A stretch of 64,000 nucleotides of DNA from Candidatus Berkelbacteria bacterium (GTDB taxonomy: Bacteria; Patescibacteriota; UBA1384; 2-12-FULL-50-11), in the NCBI GenBank assembly GCA_016432625.1, contig CP066697.1, positions 522,561 to 586,560 on the forward strand, written 5' to 3'. Positions 50,159-58,814 of the stretch are shown piece after piece. Positions within the stretch are counted from its first letter, which is position 1, and every line of letters starts with the position of its first letter. Below the pieces are notes generated by a model that was given only the letters and a program-made list of their open reading frames with translations, made no database searches and was not told the DNA's origin. The position numbers and the translations under genes are program-made.

Positions 50159-50648
50159 GATGAGACGTGTTGTAATACTTATCGCCCTTATTGCTGCCGT
50201 GCTCGTTCTGTATTGGCTTCTGAGGTTACCAGGAAGCGCAAAAATCGATCTTCAAGCACCCAAAACCATCTCAGCCGGTCAGAATTTTGAAGTCCCTCTG
50301 CGGCTCAGCGTTCCGACTGCTATTAATGCCGCCGAGTTTTACTTCAGCTTCCCTAACGACAAGCTCGAGGTGATCGAAATCAAAAAGGAGGGTAGCTTCT
50401 TCGCTCTCTGGATCACTGGTTTCCCCAAATTCACTAACGAGTCAGGTAGCCTAGAGTTGGCGGGTGGCCTGCCCAAACCTGGTTTCAGTGGCAAAAATGG
50501 CTTGGTTGCAACCGTCGTCTTTAAGGCAAAAGCCAGCGGCGAAGCAATTATTAGTTTGGACTCGAAAAAAAGCCGATTACTCGCTAACGACGGTCTTGGC
50601 AGCCAAGTTGTCTCTACCTTTCAACCTGTCACAATAAATATTAAGTAA
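50157..50648 (+). CDS. Small membrane-anchored cohesin-domain-like protein
   Basis: N-terminal TM, then ISAGQNFEVPLRLSVPTAINAAEFYFSFPNDKLEVIEI..., a cohesin-like beta-sandwich pattern. Confidence 0.5.
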   Translation: MMRRVVILIALIAAVLVLYWLLRLPGSAKIDLQAPKTISAGQNFEVPLRLSVPTAINAAEFYFSFPNDKLEVIEIKKEGSFFALWITGFPKFTNESGSLELAGGLPKPGFSGKNGLVATVVFKAKASGEAIISLDSKKSRLLANDGLGSQVVSTFQPVTINIK

Positions 50649-50649
50649 G

Positions 50650-52323
50650 ATGCAATTACAGAGGGGATTATTAATTTGGCTAGTGGTTTTGGGGTTATTT
50701 GCTCTTTTGCTGCCCCAACCCGTTTCGGCATCAGGACGTTTAACAGTAACGGCCGGTTCGATAAAAACCGATATAAATAAAACATTCACCGTAAATGTGA
50801 ACCTAAGCAGCGACGAAGCCGTTAACTCGGCCAGCGGCCAGGTTATCTTTCCAGGGTCGTTGCTACAAGCTACAGCAGTGAGTCAGAGCGGTTCGATATT
50901 TAGCCTTTGGCCAGAACCGCCCAGCATTAACGGCGAGAGCATCAATTTTGCTGGCGGAATGCCAAGCCCTGGCTATACTGGCACTGGCAAGCTATTCAGC
51001 ATCACTTTTAAGGCCAAAGCGGCCGGCACGGCCAATATTAGCATCGCTAACGGTAAAACGCTGGCCAACAACGCTAGCGCCACAAACGTCTACGCCGGCA
51101 GTAGCGGTTCGGTGGTCACCATCAGCAAACCCGTAACCCCGCTCACCATTTCTTCCTCAACCCATCCCGACCAGGGTAAGTGGTATAAGGATAAATCGGT
51201 TAGCTTATCCTGGAATAAGCCCTCAGGGGCGACGAGTTTTAGCTATAGCTTTGGCACTAAGTCAGGCACGACTAAAGAGAGTTCAATCAGCTTCCCTGAT
51301 ACACCTGAAGGAAAATGGACGTTCGATCTCTCAACTCACGCAACGGACGGCGACCTGCAGGCCAGTTACGCGGTCCAGATCGACTTAACGCCACCTGTCG
51401 AATTCCCAGTTAAAGTGGTCCAGAGCGGCGGCAACACTGATCCTTTCCCCGTACTGTCATACGAGGCGACTGACGCTCTCTCCGGAATCGACCACTACGA
51501 GATCATTATTGACGCGAGCGAACCACTTAGCATAGCTGAGTCTTCAACGAAGCTAGCGCGGCAACAACCAGGCACCCATCACTTCAAGGTACGTGCCTTC
51601 GATAAGGCAGGTAACGTCACTGAAGTGTTAGGACAATTTGAGGTTCAAGGGTTTCCAGGGCCAGTTATAACTGAATACCCACACTTCGTATCTGTCTTGC
51701 AGCCTATAGTGTTCAAAGGCACGGCATTGTTAGGATCGAAGGTGAAACTCTACGTCGAAGGCAAGGAGATCGCCGAGTTTGTAGTTCGGGAGAGCCTAAC
51801 GGATAGCCAACGTCAGCTAATTAACCTCCAAGAGGCGCCAGACGACCAAGTGGTTGAGTGGACGTATACGTACAAGGGAGTGCTGTTCCCCGGTAAGCAC
51901 TTATTTTATGCCATCCAAGTAAAGGCGGACACCTCTGAGAGTAACCGCTCGAACGAGGCAGCCGTGACGGTTCTGTCAGGCTCGGTAGTGCTAGGTTCAA
52001 TTACCCTTCCCATGGCGCTCATAGCGATCTTGTTATTGATCATACTGTTAGGAGCCACTCCTTTCTTTTTCTTCATCTGGAAACGAGCCAAACGTCGTTT
52101 CGCTAGCGTGGCTGAGCGTATGCGGCAAACTCGCCATCAGATCGACAAAGAGTTTGCAGATCTTGAGCGCGACATCGACAAAGACCTTCATAAAGCGGAG
52201 ATCGGCGGTGCGGTCTTCCGTCAGGTTGAGGCGGATATTGAAGACAGTAAGAAGGCCGTCGACCAGAAGTTAGATAGTATCACTAAGAATAGTTCGATCC
52301 CTCCAGAAAAAAGTGGCGACTAA
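50650..52323 (+). CDS. Surface protein with an N-terminal cohesin-like domain, Fn3/Ig-like domains, a C-terminal TM and a cytoplasmic coiled-coil tail
   Basis: Signal peptide. The N-domain is paralogous to 50157..50648 (RLTVTAGSIKTDINKTFTVNVNLSS...LFSITFKAKAAGTANISI). The C-terminal TM is ALIAILLLIILLGA, followed by a charged tail. Confidence 0.55.
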   Translation: MQLQRGLLIWLVVLGLFALLLPQPVSASGRLTVTAGSIKTDINKTFTVNVNLSSDEAVNSASGQVIFPGSLLQATAVSQSGSIFSLWPEPPSINGESINFAGGMPSPGYTGTGKLFSITFKAKAAGTANISIANGKTLANNASATNVYAGSSGSVVTISKPVTPLTISSSTHPDQGKWYKDKSVSLSWNKPSGATSFSYSFGTKSGTTKESSISFPDTPEGKWTFDLSTHATDGDLQASYAVQIDLTPPVEFPVKVVQSGGNTDPFPVLSYEATDALSGIDHYEIIIDASEPLSIAESSTKLARQQPGTHHFKVRAFDKAGNVTEVLGQFEVQGFPGPVITEYPHFVSVLQPIVFKGTALLGSKVKLYVEGKEIAEFVVRESLTDSQRQLINLQEAPDDQVVEWTYTYKGVLFPGKHLFYAIQVKADTSESNRSNEAAVTVLSGSVVLGSITLPMALIAILLLIILLGATPFFFFIWKRAKRRFASVAERMRQTRHQIDKEFADLERDIDKDLHKAEIGGAVFRQVEADIEDSKKAVDQKLDSITKNSSIPPEKSGD

Positions 52324-53441
52324 CGGCTTAACGCGATAAGGCCCGGTAAGTTGGTACCGCTCAAGTACTCTAGGGTAGCTGATCCGCCAGTTGAGATAAA
52401 CGAGAAGAGTCTGCCGAGATTAGCGTCGTTAACGAAGCTGACAGTGTCTCCGCCACCAACAACGGTCGTGGCGCCGTCGTGAGTGACAGCGTGAGCGATC
52501 TCTAGCGAGCCCTGGCGATATTTCGCATCTTCAACCTTACCAAGCGGGCCGCTCCAAAAGATAGTCCGCGCGGGGTTAAGATGTTTCTTGAAAAGCTGAC
52601 GCGTCTCCGGGCCGATATCGACGATCGATTTACCTTGCCAGACATAATCAATCGGCAAGATCAACTTACCTTTGCCTAGTTTCAGAATCTCCTTGGCAGT
52701 TTCGAGACCTTCAAGATCGATGACAGAGTCCTTGACGTTAATCCCTGAGGCCTTGAGAAGTGTGTTAGCCACGCCGCCGCCGACCAGGATCCAATCAGCC
52801 TTATGAATGAACTGTTTAATTGTTGGCATTTTGTCGCTAATTTTGACCCCGCCGACAATCGTGACATAAGGCCGAGCTGGGTTCTTCATCAGGCTGTAGA
52901 GGACCTGAACCTCACGCTCGAGTAATAAGCCGCCGTAGCACGGCAGGAGCCCCGCAAGCGCCACGATCGAGGCGCTCTCCCGATGCGAAACGCCAAAAGC
53001 GTCGTTGACGTAAAGGTCGCCGTATCGGGCAAGTTTGGACGCAAAGGTTCGTGAGTTTTTTATCTCACCTGGGTCGAAGCGCAGGTTCTCTAGCGCCATA
53101 ATTTCGCCGGGCTTAAGCGCTTCAACCATACGCTGGGTATCAGCGCCGAAGAGTGACGGTGCGAATTTAATCGGCCGCCTAAGTAGATCCGACAAGTGAG
53201 CATAAATGGGCTCTAAGCTATTCTTTTTTTCTACCACGCCACTCTCGTCCTGGTGGCCTAGGTGGGACAATAAAACCACGGATGCGCCGTAATCTAACAG
53301 GTAGTGGATTGTGGGCATAACCTGGCGCAAGCGAAAGTCGTCCTGGACAATTGGGCGTTTCTTCAAATCATACGGCACGTCAGCGACTATACGAAGCAAA
53401 ACGCGACGGCCTGAGAGCGGGGCGTCTTCAAGAAAATGCAT
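52320..53441 (-). CDS. pgk: Phosphoglycerate kinase
   Basis: N-terminus MHFLEDAPLSGRRVLLRIVADVPYD aligns with the PGK N-terminus. Conserved motifs ALENLRFDPGE and VVGGGDTVSFV are present. Confidence 0.85.
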   Translation of the reverse strand: MHFLEDAPLSGRRVLLRIVADVPYDLKKRPIVQDDFRLRQVMPTIHYLLDYGASVVLLSHLGHQDESGVVEKKNSLEPIYAHLSDLLRRPIKFAPSLFGADTQRMVEALKPGEIMALENLRFDPGEIKNSRTFASKLARYGDLYVNDAFGVSHRESASIVALAGLLPCYGGLLLEREVQVLYSLMKNPARPYVTIVGGVKISDKMPTIKQFIHKADWILVGGGVANTLLKASGINVKDSVIDLEGLETAKEILKLGKGKLILPIDYVWQGKSIVDIGPETRQLFKKHLNPARTIFWSGPLGKVEDAKYRQGSLEIAHAVTHDGATTVVGGGDTVSFVNDANLGRLFSFISTGGSATLEYLSGTNLPGLIALSR

Positions 53442-53492
53442 AGTTCCAATATACCCGAGTCTAACCAATTGCTGCCAGCTTAAGCTCGGGCG

Positions 53493-54473
53493 GTGTTACA
53501 ATGGTTTAAGATGTTTAAGACCCTTTTTGGCTTGTTGCTGGTAGCTCTTATCTTCACTTCCAGCCTCGGCTTTACCGTTAATAAAGTCAAAAATCCGGAA
53601 TTTATCAATCACCAGGTTCGAGAGGTCAATCTTTACGGTCGTCTTAGCGCTAACCTACCAAATATTCTACCTGACGAGCTATTTAGCAGCTCTCCATTTG
53701 CCCGCGAAGATTTTGCCGATATTCTGACAAGCGCCGTCGATAGCCAGACTTTTTACGCCTTTACCGATAAGGCGTCAGTTGCCTACCTTAACTGGCTTAC
53801 GGGGGAGACCACCAACTTAGACTTCAGTTACGACTTAGCGTCATTCAAGGTTAAGGCTAGAGAGAAGGCTGTCGACCGGCTATTGAGCAAATATGACAAT
53901 CTCCCGACGTGCAATGACAAGCAAATAAAGGCTTGGGGTACGACCGAGGGATTGCCGTCTTGTAAATTGCCCTCCGACAACGTTCGTTCAAACGACATCG
54001 CGGGTTTACTCGGTAATCAGGTCGATACTGTCCTCGCCACATTACCAAACGAGCTGTCGGCCAAGGAGAGCCCAGCACTTGTTGATGTACGTCAAAATGT
54101 CATTAACGTCTTACGGTTCGTAAAATTGGTCTGGGGCATCACAATTGCCATATTGTTGCTTTATCTGGTTGTTTGGCGACGGCGAGCATTTTTGAGCTTA
54201 GCGTTTATCTTCTTGCTGACTGGTTTAATCGAAGCGGCGTTTAGTCTTATTGCCTGGGACTGGGTTGGGCGAATCGTTATCGATCTATTGCCGAGTAATA
54301 GCAGTCCATTTTTGCCACTCATCGTGGACGTAACTACGGCTGTTCTTGAGGTTCTAAAGCGCAGCCTATCCAGCCTTAGTATTGTCCTACTCGTGATAGG
54401 CGCTGCATTTTTACTACTCTGGATTTTTTACAGACCTCGAGCCGATCACTCTTCAGTGGTAACGACGAAGTAA
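53493..54473 (+). CDS. Hypothetical membrane protein
   Basis: 326 aa with an N-terminal TM and several C-terminal TM helices. Confidence 0.4.
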   Translation: MLQWFKMFKTLFGLLLVALIFTSSLGFTVNKVKNPEFINHQVREVNLYGRLSANLPNILPDELFSSSPFAREDFADILTSAVDSQTFYAFTDKASVAYLNWLTGETTNLDFSYDLASFKVKAREKAVDRLLSKYDNLPTCNDKQIKAWGTTEGLPSCKLPSDNVRSNDIAGLLGNQVDTVLATLPNELSAKESPALVDVRQNVINVLRFVKLVWGITIAILLLYLVVWRRRAFLSLAFIFLLTGLIEAAFSLIAWDWVGRIVIDLLPSNSSPFLPLIVDVTTAVLEVLKRSLSSLSIVLLVIGAAFLLLWIFYRPRADHSSVVTTK

Positions 54474-55397
54474 GTTACGCCAAAAGGCTAGATCAAGGCC
54501 GATAATCGTCTTGGCTCTCAGACCTGTATTTTGCGAGCTACCAACAATGGTCAATGCTCCGTTATTTCCCGATAAGCCTAAGGCTGCCCCTTCAAGCTCT
54601 AAGGGCCTCAATGCTTCATTCTCAACCAGGCGGGCAATTTGGGAAGAAAAAAGCTTGGCCCGTGTTTGCTCAGCACGCCAGAGATTAGTCGAGGCATCCC
54701 CGCTTCGGACTAGAACATCGCGATAACCCTTAGCAAGAGCCTTGGCGTCACTGACGACGCAGTCGAGCCGATCAATATGGGCTCCTTTTAGTTTATTCGG
54801 TGAGACTACTGGGCTGCAGGGAGCGACCGTAATCCCTGGATCCTTAGACCTACCAAGCATCAGGCCATTACCTTTCAGGAAATCATTCAGTGCCTTATTT
54901 TGGGTAGGCGGAATCGTGAGGGCCACATCCTGAATGTGTTGTTTGCCAAGCCAACCCTTTATCAATAGAGCTAACTGCCAGGTGGAGGCGTCCTCGCCCT
55001 GAAAATTGATTGCGGCGCGACTCTTTGGCTTACTCTTAACGGCTAGAATTAGTTTATGAATCGATGCTTCAATCCGGCTAAGTTCCTCCGATGTAAAGTG
55101 CGGTGCTTGGTCGACGACAAGAATGTCGTAAGGCAAGATCTCTTTCGTAGTCGTAAGGCGCTTCTCACGCAGCGACACCGATTTAACAGCCTCCGCGCGG
55201 AGTGCGACGTGACGCAATGCCGAACGTTTATTGATCGTTTTCCAAGCGGTGCCACTTCGATGATCAAGTAAGTTCGCTAACCTGTCTTCCCTAGTGAGCA
55301 ACTTAATGTCGACATGAGCGTGCCGTGCCACGTCTTGGTCAAGCTCCCGGGCAAGAAGAAAGGCAAACGGCGAATCGCCAATAATGGCAATATTCAT
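54453..55397 (-). CDS. Hypothetical protein, possibly a Rossmann-like fold
   Basis: 314 aa beginning MNIAIIGDSPFAF. Its start overlaps the stop of the upstream kinase gene (ATGA), suggesting an operon with the PfkB kinase and tpiA. Confidence 0.4.
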   Translation of the reverse strand: MNIAIIGDSPFAFLLARELDQDVARHAHVDIKLLTREDRLANLLDHRSGTAWKTINKRSALRHVALRAEAVKSVSLREKRLTTTKEILPYDILVVDQAPHFTSEELSRIEASIHKLILAVKSKPKSRAAINFQGEDASTWQLALLIKGWLGKQHIQDVALTIPPTQNKALNDFLKGNGLMLGRSKDPGITVAPCSPVVSPNKLKGAHIDRLDCVVSDAKALAKGYRDVLVRSGDASTNLWRAEQTRAKLFSSQIARLVENEALRPLELEGAALGLSGNNGALTIVGSSQNTGLRAKTIIGLDLAFWRNLLRRYH

Positions 55398-56374
55398 CCG
55401 AGCGATCTCACTTTAACCCTCTCGGCATCATGCATAATCGCTTCATAGTCTAATAGACCCCGGGTAGCTCCGACTTCGCCTATAGCGGCAGCTGAGGAGG
55501 CAATCCCACAGCCCAGTGAGCGACGCAGTAGGGCCCCCTGGCTGGCAAGTTCCATTGGCGATAAGTAGCTCGCCAGAAATCCGGTAGTGAAGGCGTCGCC
55601 AGCGCCGGTAGCATCGATCCTTTCGTGCTGTGTCACCAGCGCCGGAGCGCTCAGTATTACCTCATCATCGGCAACGTATGCTCCGCGCTCTCCGTCAGTG
55701 ATACAAATAGTTTTCGGACCCATCCGTCTCAAGGACGAGAGCAGCTCTTCAACTGGTGTACGCTGAGGCAGTCGCGTCAGGACTATAGCTTCATGAAGAT
55801 TGACAAATAAGATCGTCACCGTCTTGAGTAGCGACAACAGACCACGAGAGCGTTCCTCAAGGCTTTCAATACTTGGGTTGAAACTTATGCCTTGGCCGCT
55901 CTTTACCTGATGAGGCTGAACGATTGAACTAAGCTTGTCTAAATCGCCGTGGAACGGACCAAGGTGGAGCCAGTCCTCCTCTGGCAGCACCTTTGGACAA
56001 CTGCTCGGAAAATTGCGAGCTGTAACAATAGTCCTTTCTCCACCAGCGCGTAGGATCACAGAGATTGGAGTTTGGGTCATGCTTTCACCTTCATCAACAC
56101 TGATATCGTTGGACCCTAGGAATGTTCGCAGGAAGTCACCAAAGACATCCGTCGCTAGCCCAGTATGAAACCAAACCTTGTAACCGGCCCGATGCATACC
56201 TACAGCGACGTTATTTCCCGAGCCGCCAGCGTCAAGAGCGTAACCTTCCGTTGAGAGTTTTTCACCAAACGGTAGCTCAAGTTTCTGCTGTTGTTGGTAA
56301 CGATGGATAAACTGACGCGGCAGGGCAAAACTAAGATCGATTAAGCTATCGCCAACGACGTTGATTCTGTTCAT
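55394..56374 (-). CDS. PfkB-family carbohydrate kinase (ribokinase-like)
   Basis: Motifs DAGGSGNNVA and DATGAGDAFTTGFL, the PfkB signature DTxGAGD. Overlaps tpiA by 4 nt. Confidence 0.75.
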   Translation of the reverse strand: MNRINVVGDSLIDLSFALPRQFIHRYQQQQKLELPFGEKLSTEGYALDAGGSGNNVAVGMHRAGYKVWFHTGLATDVFGDFLRTFLGSNDISVDEGESMTQTPISVILRAGGERTIVTARNFPSSCPKVLPEEDWLHLGPFHGDLDKLSSIVQPHQVKSGQGISFNPSIESLEERSRGLLSLLKTVTILFVNLHEAIVLTRLPQRTPVEELLSSLRRMGPKTICITDGERGAYVADDEVILSAPALVTQHERIDATGAGDAFTTGFLASYLSPMELASQGALLRRSLGCGIASSAAAIGEVGATRGLLDYEAIMHDAERVKVRSLG

Positions 56375-57159
56375 GCTCGGCGGGCGGCCAACTCACAAAT
56401 AGCAATAAAATCAGCTGCCTTAACAGACACCGCGCCAGCTAGTATTCCATCAATGCCCTCTTGTCGAAGATAATCCGCTGCGTCGTCTTTGCTAACACTG
56501 CCGCCGTAAAGAATTGGCACCTCTGCGGCCCGACTAACGCCGTACTTCTCCCCAAGCCGAGCTCTGAGCCGTCGAATTACCTCCGCAGCGTATTCAGGAC
56601 GAGCTGGGTTATGGCTAGTAGCGCTGCTAATCGCCCAGAGCGGCTCGTAAGCAATCAGGATTCGGCCAAGATCGTCGTCTTTAACGCCGTGTAGTGACTC
56701 CATCATCTCGTTTTCGACTTTTTGCCACTGATAAGTATCAACCCGTCCCGTCGAATCAATAATCCGCTTCGCTTCTCCGACACAGACAATCGGCCTAAGT
56801 CGCCAACGTAAACAGGCTTGAACCTTTTCTCGAACCAAATCGTCGTCCTCGTGGGCATGCAGTCGGCGCTCCGAGTGACCAATAAGCGCATATTTAACTA
56901 AATCCTTAGCCATATAGGCCGACATTTCTCCGGTGTAAGCCCCCTGATCCTCCGGCCAGATATTTTGGGCGGCGAAATGGACATGGCTTAAAGGGTGGCG
57001 CCACGCCTCAACAACTGGCACTAACCACGCATTCGGCGGCGCCAAGACAACCTCAACACCTTTGAGGGACTCAAGACGACGTTTCAAGGTTGCAGCTAGT
57101 ACTAAGCTATCGCTCAACGTCGGATACAGTTTCCAGTTACCCACAATATATGGTCTCAT
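56371..57159 (-). CDS. tpiA: Triosephosphate isomerase
   Basis: Motifs IVGNWKLY, IGHSERR, AYEPLWAIS and YGGSV. Confidence 0.85.
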   Translation of the reverse strand: MRPYIVGNWKLYPTLSDSLVLAATLKRRLESLKGVEVVLAPPNAWLVPVVEAWRHPLSHVHFAAQNIWPEDQGAYTGEMSAYMAKDLVKYALIGHSERRLHAHEDDDLVREKVQACLRWRLRPIVCVGEAKRIIDSTGRVDTYQWQKVENEMMESLHGVKDDDLGRILIAYEPLWAISSATSHNPARPEYAAEVIRRLRARLGEKYGVSRAAEVPILYGGSVSKDDAADYLRQEGIDGILAGAVSVKAADFIAICELAARRA

Positions 57160-57190
57160 GCCCTCCTTAGCTCTAGGTTACCGAGAAATA

Positions 57191-57222
57191 GAGCAAGAAA
57201 AAAGCCCTGATGACTCAGGGCT
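57191..57222 (-). terminator. Rho-independent terminator for the small acidic protein gene
   Basis: On the minus strand, AGCCCTGA-gtca-TCAGGGCT is followed by TTTTTCTTGCTC. Confidence 0.65.
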
Positions 57223-57246
57223 CTTCTCTCACTATCGATGTCTTAC

Positions 57247-57423
57247 TTAAGCTTCAGTAGCTGGCGCTGCTTCTTCGTCAGTTGCAGTAGCGTCGTCTTC
57301 CTCTGGCTTGGCGGGCTCTTCCGTCATAGGATCGGCACCTTCAGGTGTTACTTCAGCCGGAGTTTCTCCCGTTTCTTCTTCTTCACCTGCTACTGGCGTG
57401 GTCATATCTCCTTCTTCAGACAT
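57247..57423 (-). CDS. Small acidic, low-complexity protein (58 aa)
   Basis: ATG at 57423 has AAGGAGG 7 nt upstream. The protein is MSEEGDMTTPVAGEEEETGETPAEVTPEGADPMTEEPAKPEEDDATATDEEAAPATEA. A terminator follows. Confidence 0.5.
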   Translation of the reverse strand: MSEEGDMTTPVAGEEEETGETPAEVTPEGADPMTEEPAKPEEDDATATDEEAAPATEA

Positions 57424-57584
57424 AACTAACCTCCTTGCTCCTAACCCCGCACACTGGTTATTCACACTCCCGCTGTCTAAAACTGACGGCGAGGACGTAC
57501 GGGGCTGCCTCTTGGGCGCTATTCTTACCCCAAGCCTAACAGTAGAATAACTGGTTGGTCAATATCTATTTCACAGGCACCGCG

Positions 57585-58814
57585 CTAGCGCGAAAGTTCC
57601 GCTTTGAGTTTTTCGACTAACTCATCCTTAGCAACCAGCTGAATCTTGCCGCTAAGACGGTTTTTAAGCTCTACTTTGCCCTCCTGAGCAGTTTTTTGAC
57701 TATGGAGAACTCGGAATGGAACGCCGATTAAATCGCTCTCCACGAGCTTAATTCCGGGCGCCTCGTCGCGGTCGTCGTATAACACGTCAACGCCCGAGGC
57801 ACCTAATTCTTTATAGAGCTGTTCGCCTACCTTGCCTTCGCTGGCTAGATCTACCAGAACCACCTGAAACGGGGCAACCTGCAGGGGTAGTTTCAATCCG
57901 TGCTCGTCGTTGTTCAGCTCGGCGAGAATGCCCAGTAGGCGGGTGATGCCGATCCCGTAGCTACCCATGTATATAGAGCGTCGTTTCCCGGACGAATCAA
58001 GAAACTTGAAATCGAAGGCGTCCGGATATTTGGTGCCGAGATGAAAGATGTTGCCGACTTCAACCGCCTTGACGCGCTCTAAGCCCTTGAGCTGATGCTT
58101 AGGAACGCTGCCTTCCACTTCTTTGTTGAAACCAGTCTTGGTTTTGTGATCAAGTAGTACTTCGTCCTCTCCTGTTGGGCAGATAACCTGAAACTCGTCC
58201 GAAAACTCACTACTGAAAACTCCGCCGCTTGCTTTAACGCGATAGGCTTCGAGCCCGAGGCGTTCAAAAACCTTTAGGTAGGAAGCGGCAGACTGCTCAT
58301 AGAACTTGTCGTGAGCCTTTTCGTCTTCATGGAAACTGTAGAGATCTTTCATGCGGAACTCTCGTCCGCGCAATAATCCTGACTTTGGTCGTAATTCTTT
58401 GCGGAATTTGGTCTGGAACTGGTACAGCACCACCGGGAGATCGCGGTAAGATTGAACTTTCTCTTTGACGACGAGCGCCATCGGCTCCTCGTGTGTCGCC
58501 CCAAAGGTCATACCAGCCTCTTCGTCCTGATAAACGATCTGCCTGAAGTTAGGGTCGTCCCAGCGGCCAGACTTTTCCCAGGTTTCTTTAGGTTGCAAAG
58601 CAGTAAAAATAACCTCTGAACCACCGAGAGCATCCATCTCTTCGCGGATGATCTGCTCGATCTTATGGATCGACCGCACGGCAAGTGGTAGTAGCGCGTA
58701 GGCCCCGGCGGTAATTTGTGAGATATACCCTGCTCTAGTTAATAAATAGGCGTTAATGCTTTCTTGTTTGGCGACGTCACGCCGCGTGGGGATGTAAAAT
58801 TGGCTGCGGCGCAT
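57585..58814 (-). CDS. proS: Prolyl-tRNA synthetase (compact form, 409 aa)
   Basis: Class II aaRS motifs. LRGREFRMKDLYSFH matches the ProRS motif 2 region, and the N-terminus LLTRAGYI matches the ProRS N-terminus. Confidence 0.75.
   Translation of the reverse strand: MRRSQFYIPTRRDVAKQESINAYLLTRAGYISQITAGAYALLPLAVRSIHKIEQIIREEMDALGGSEVIFTALQPKETWEKSGRWDDPNFRQIVYQDEEAGMTFGATHEEPMALVVKEKVQSYRDLPVVLYQFQTKFRKELRPKSGLLRGREFRMKDLYSFHEDEKAHDKFYEQSAASYLKVFERLGLEAYRVKASGGVFSSEFSDEFQVICPTGEDEVLLDHKTKTGFNKEVEGSVPKHQLKGLERVKAVEVGNIFHLGTKYPDAFDFKFLDSSGKRRSIYMGSYGIGITRLLGILAELNNDEHGLKLPLQVAPFQVVLVDLASEGKVGEQLYKELGASGVDVLYDDRDEAPGIKLVESDLIGVPFRVLHSQKTAQEGKVELKNRLSGKIQLVAKDELVEKLKAELSR

Noticed and set aside
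20315-52323. Diversity-generating retroelement (TR/VR pair) associated with the surface proteins
   Set aside because: No reverse-transcriptase gene is in the window. The repeats found are 70-80 percent identical in-gene duplications, without the near-identical 100-150-nt TR/VR pair with adenine-specific differences that a DGR would show.
53441-53468. Upstream TTG start for pgk, as in the ORF track
   Set aside because: There is no RBS, and alignment to the PGK N-terminus (M...DLDL.GKRV) supports the ATG at 53441.
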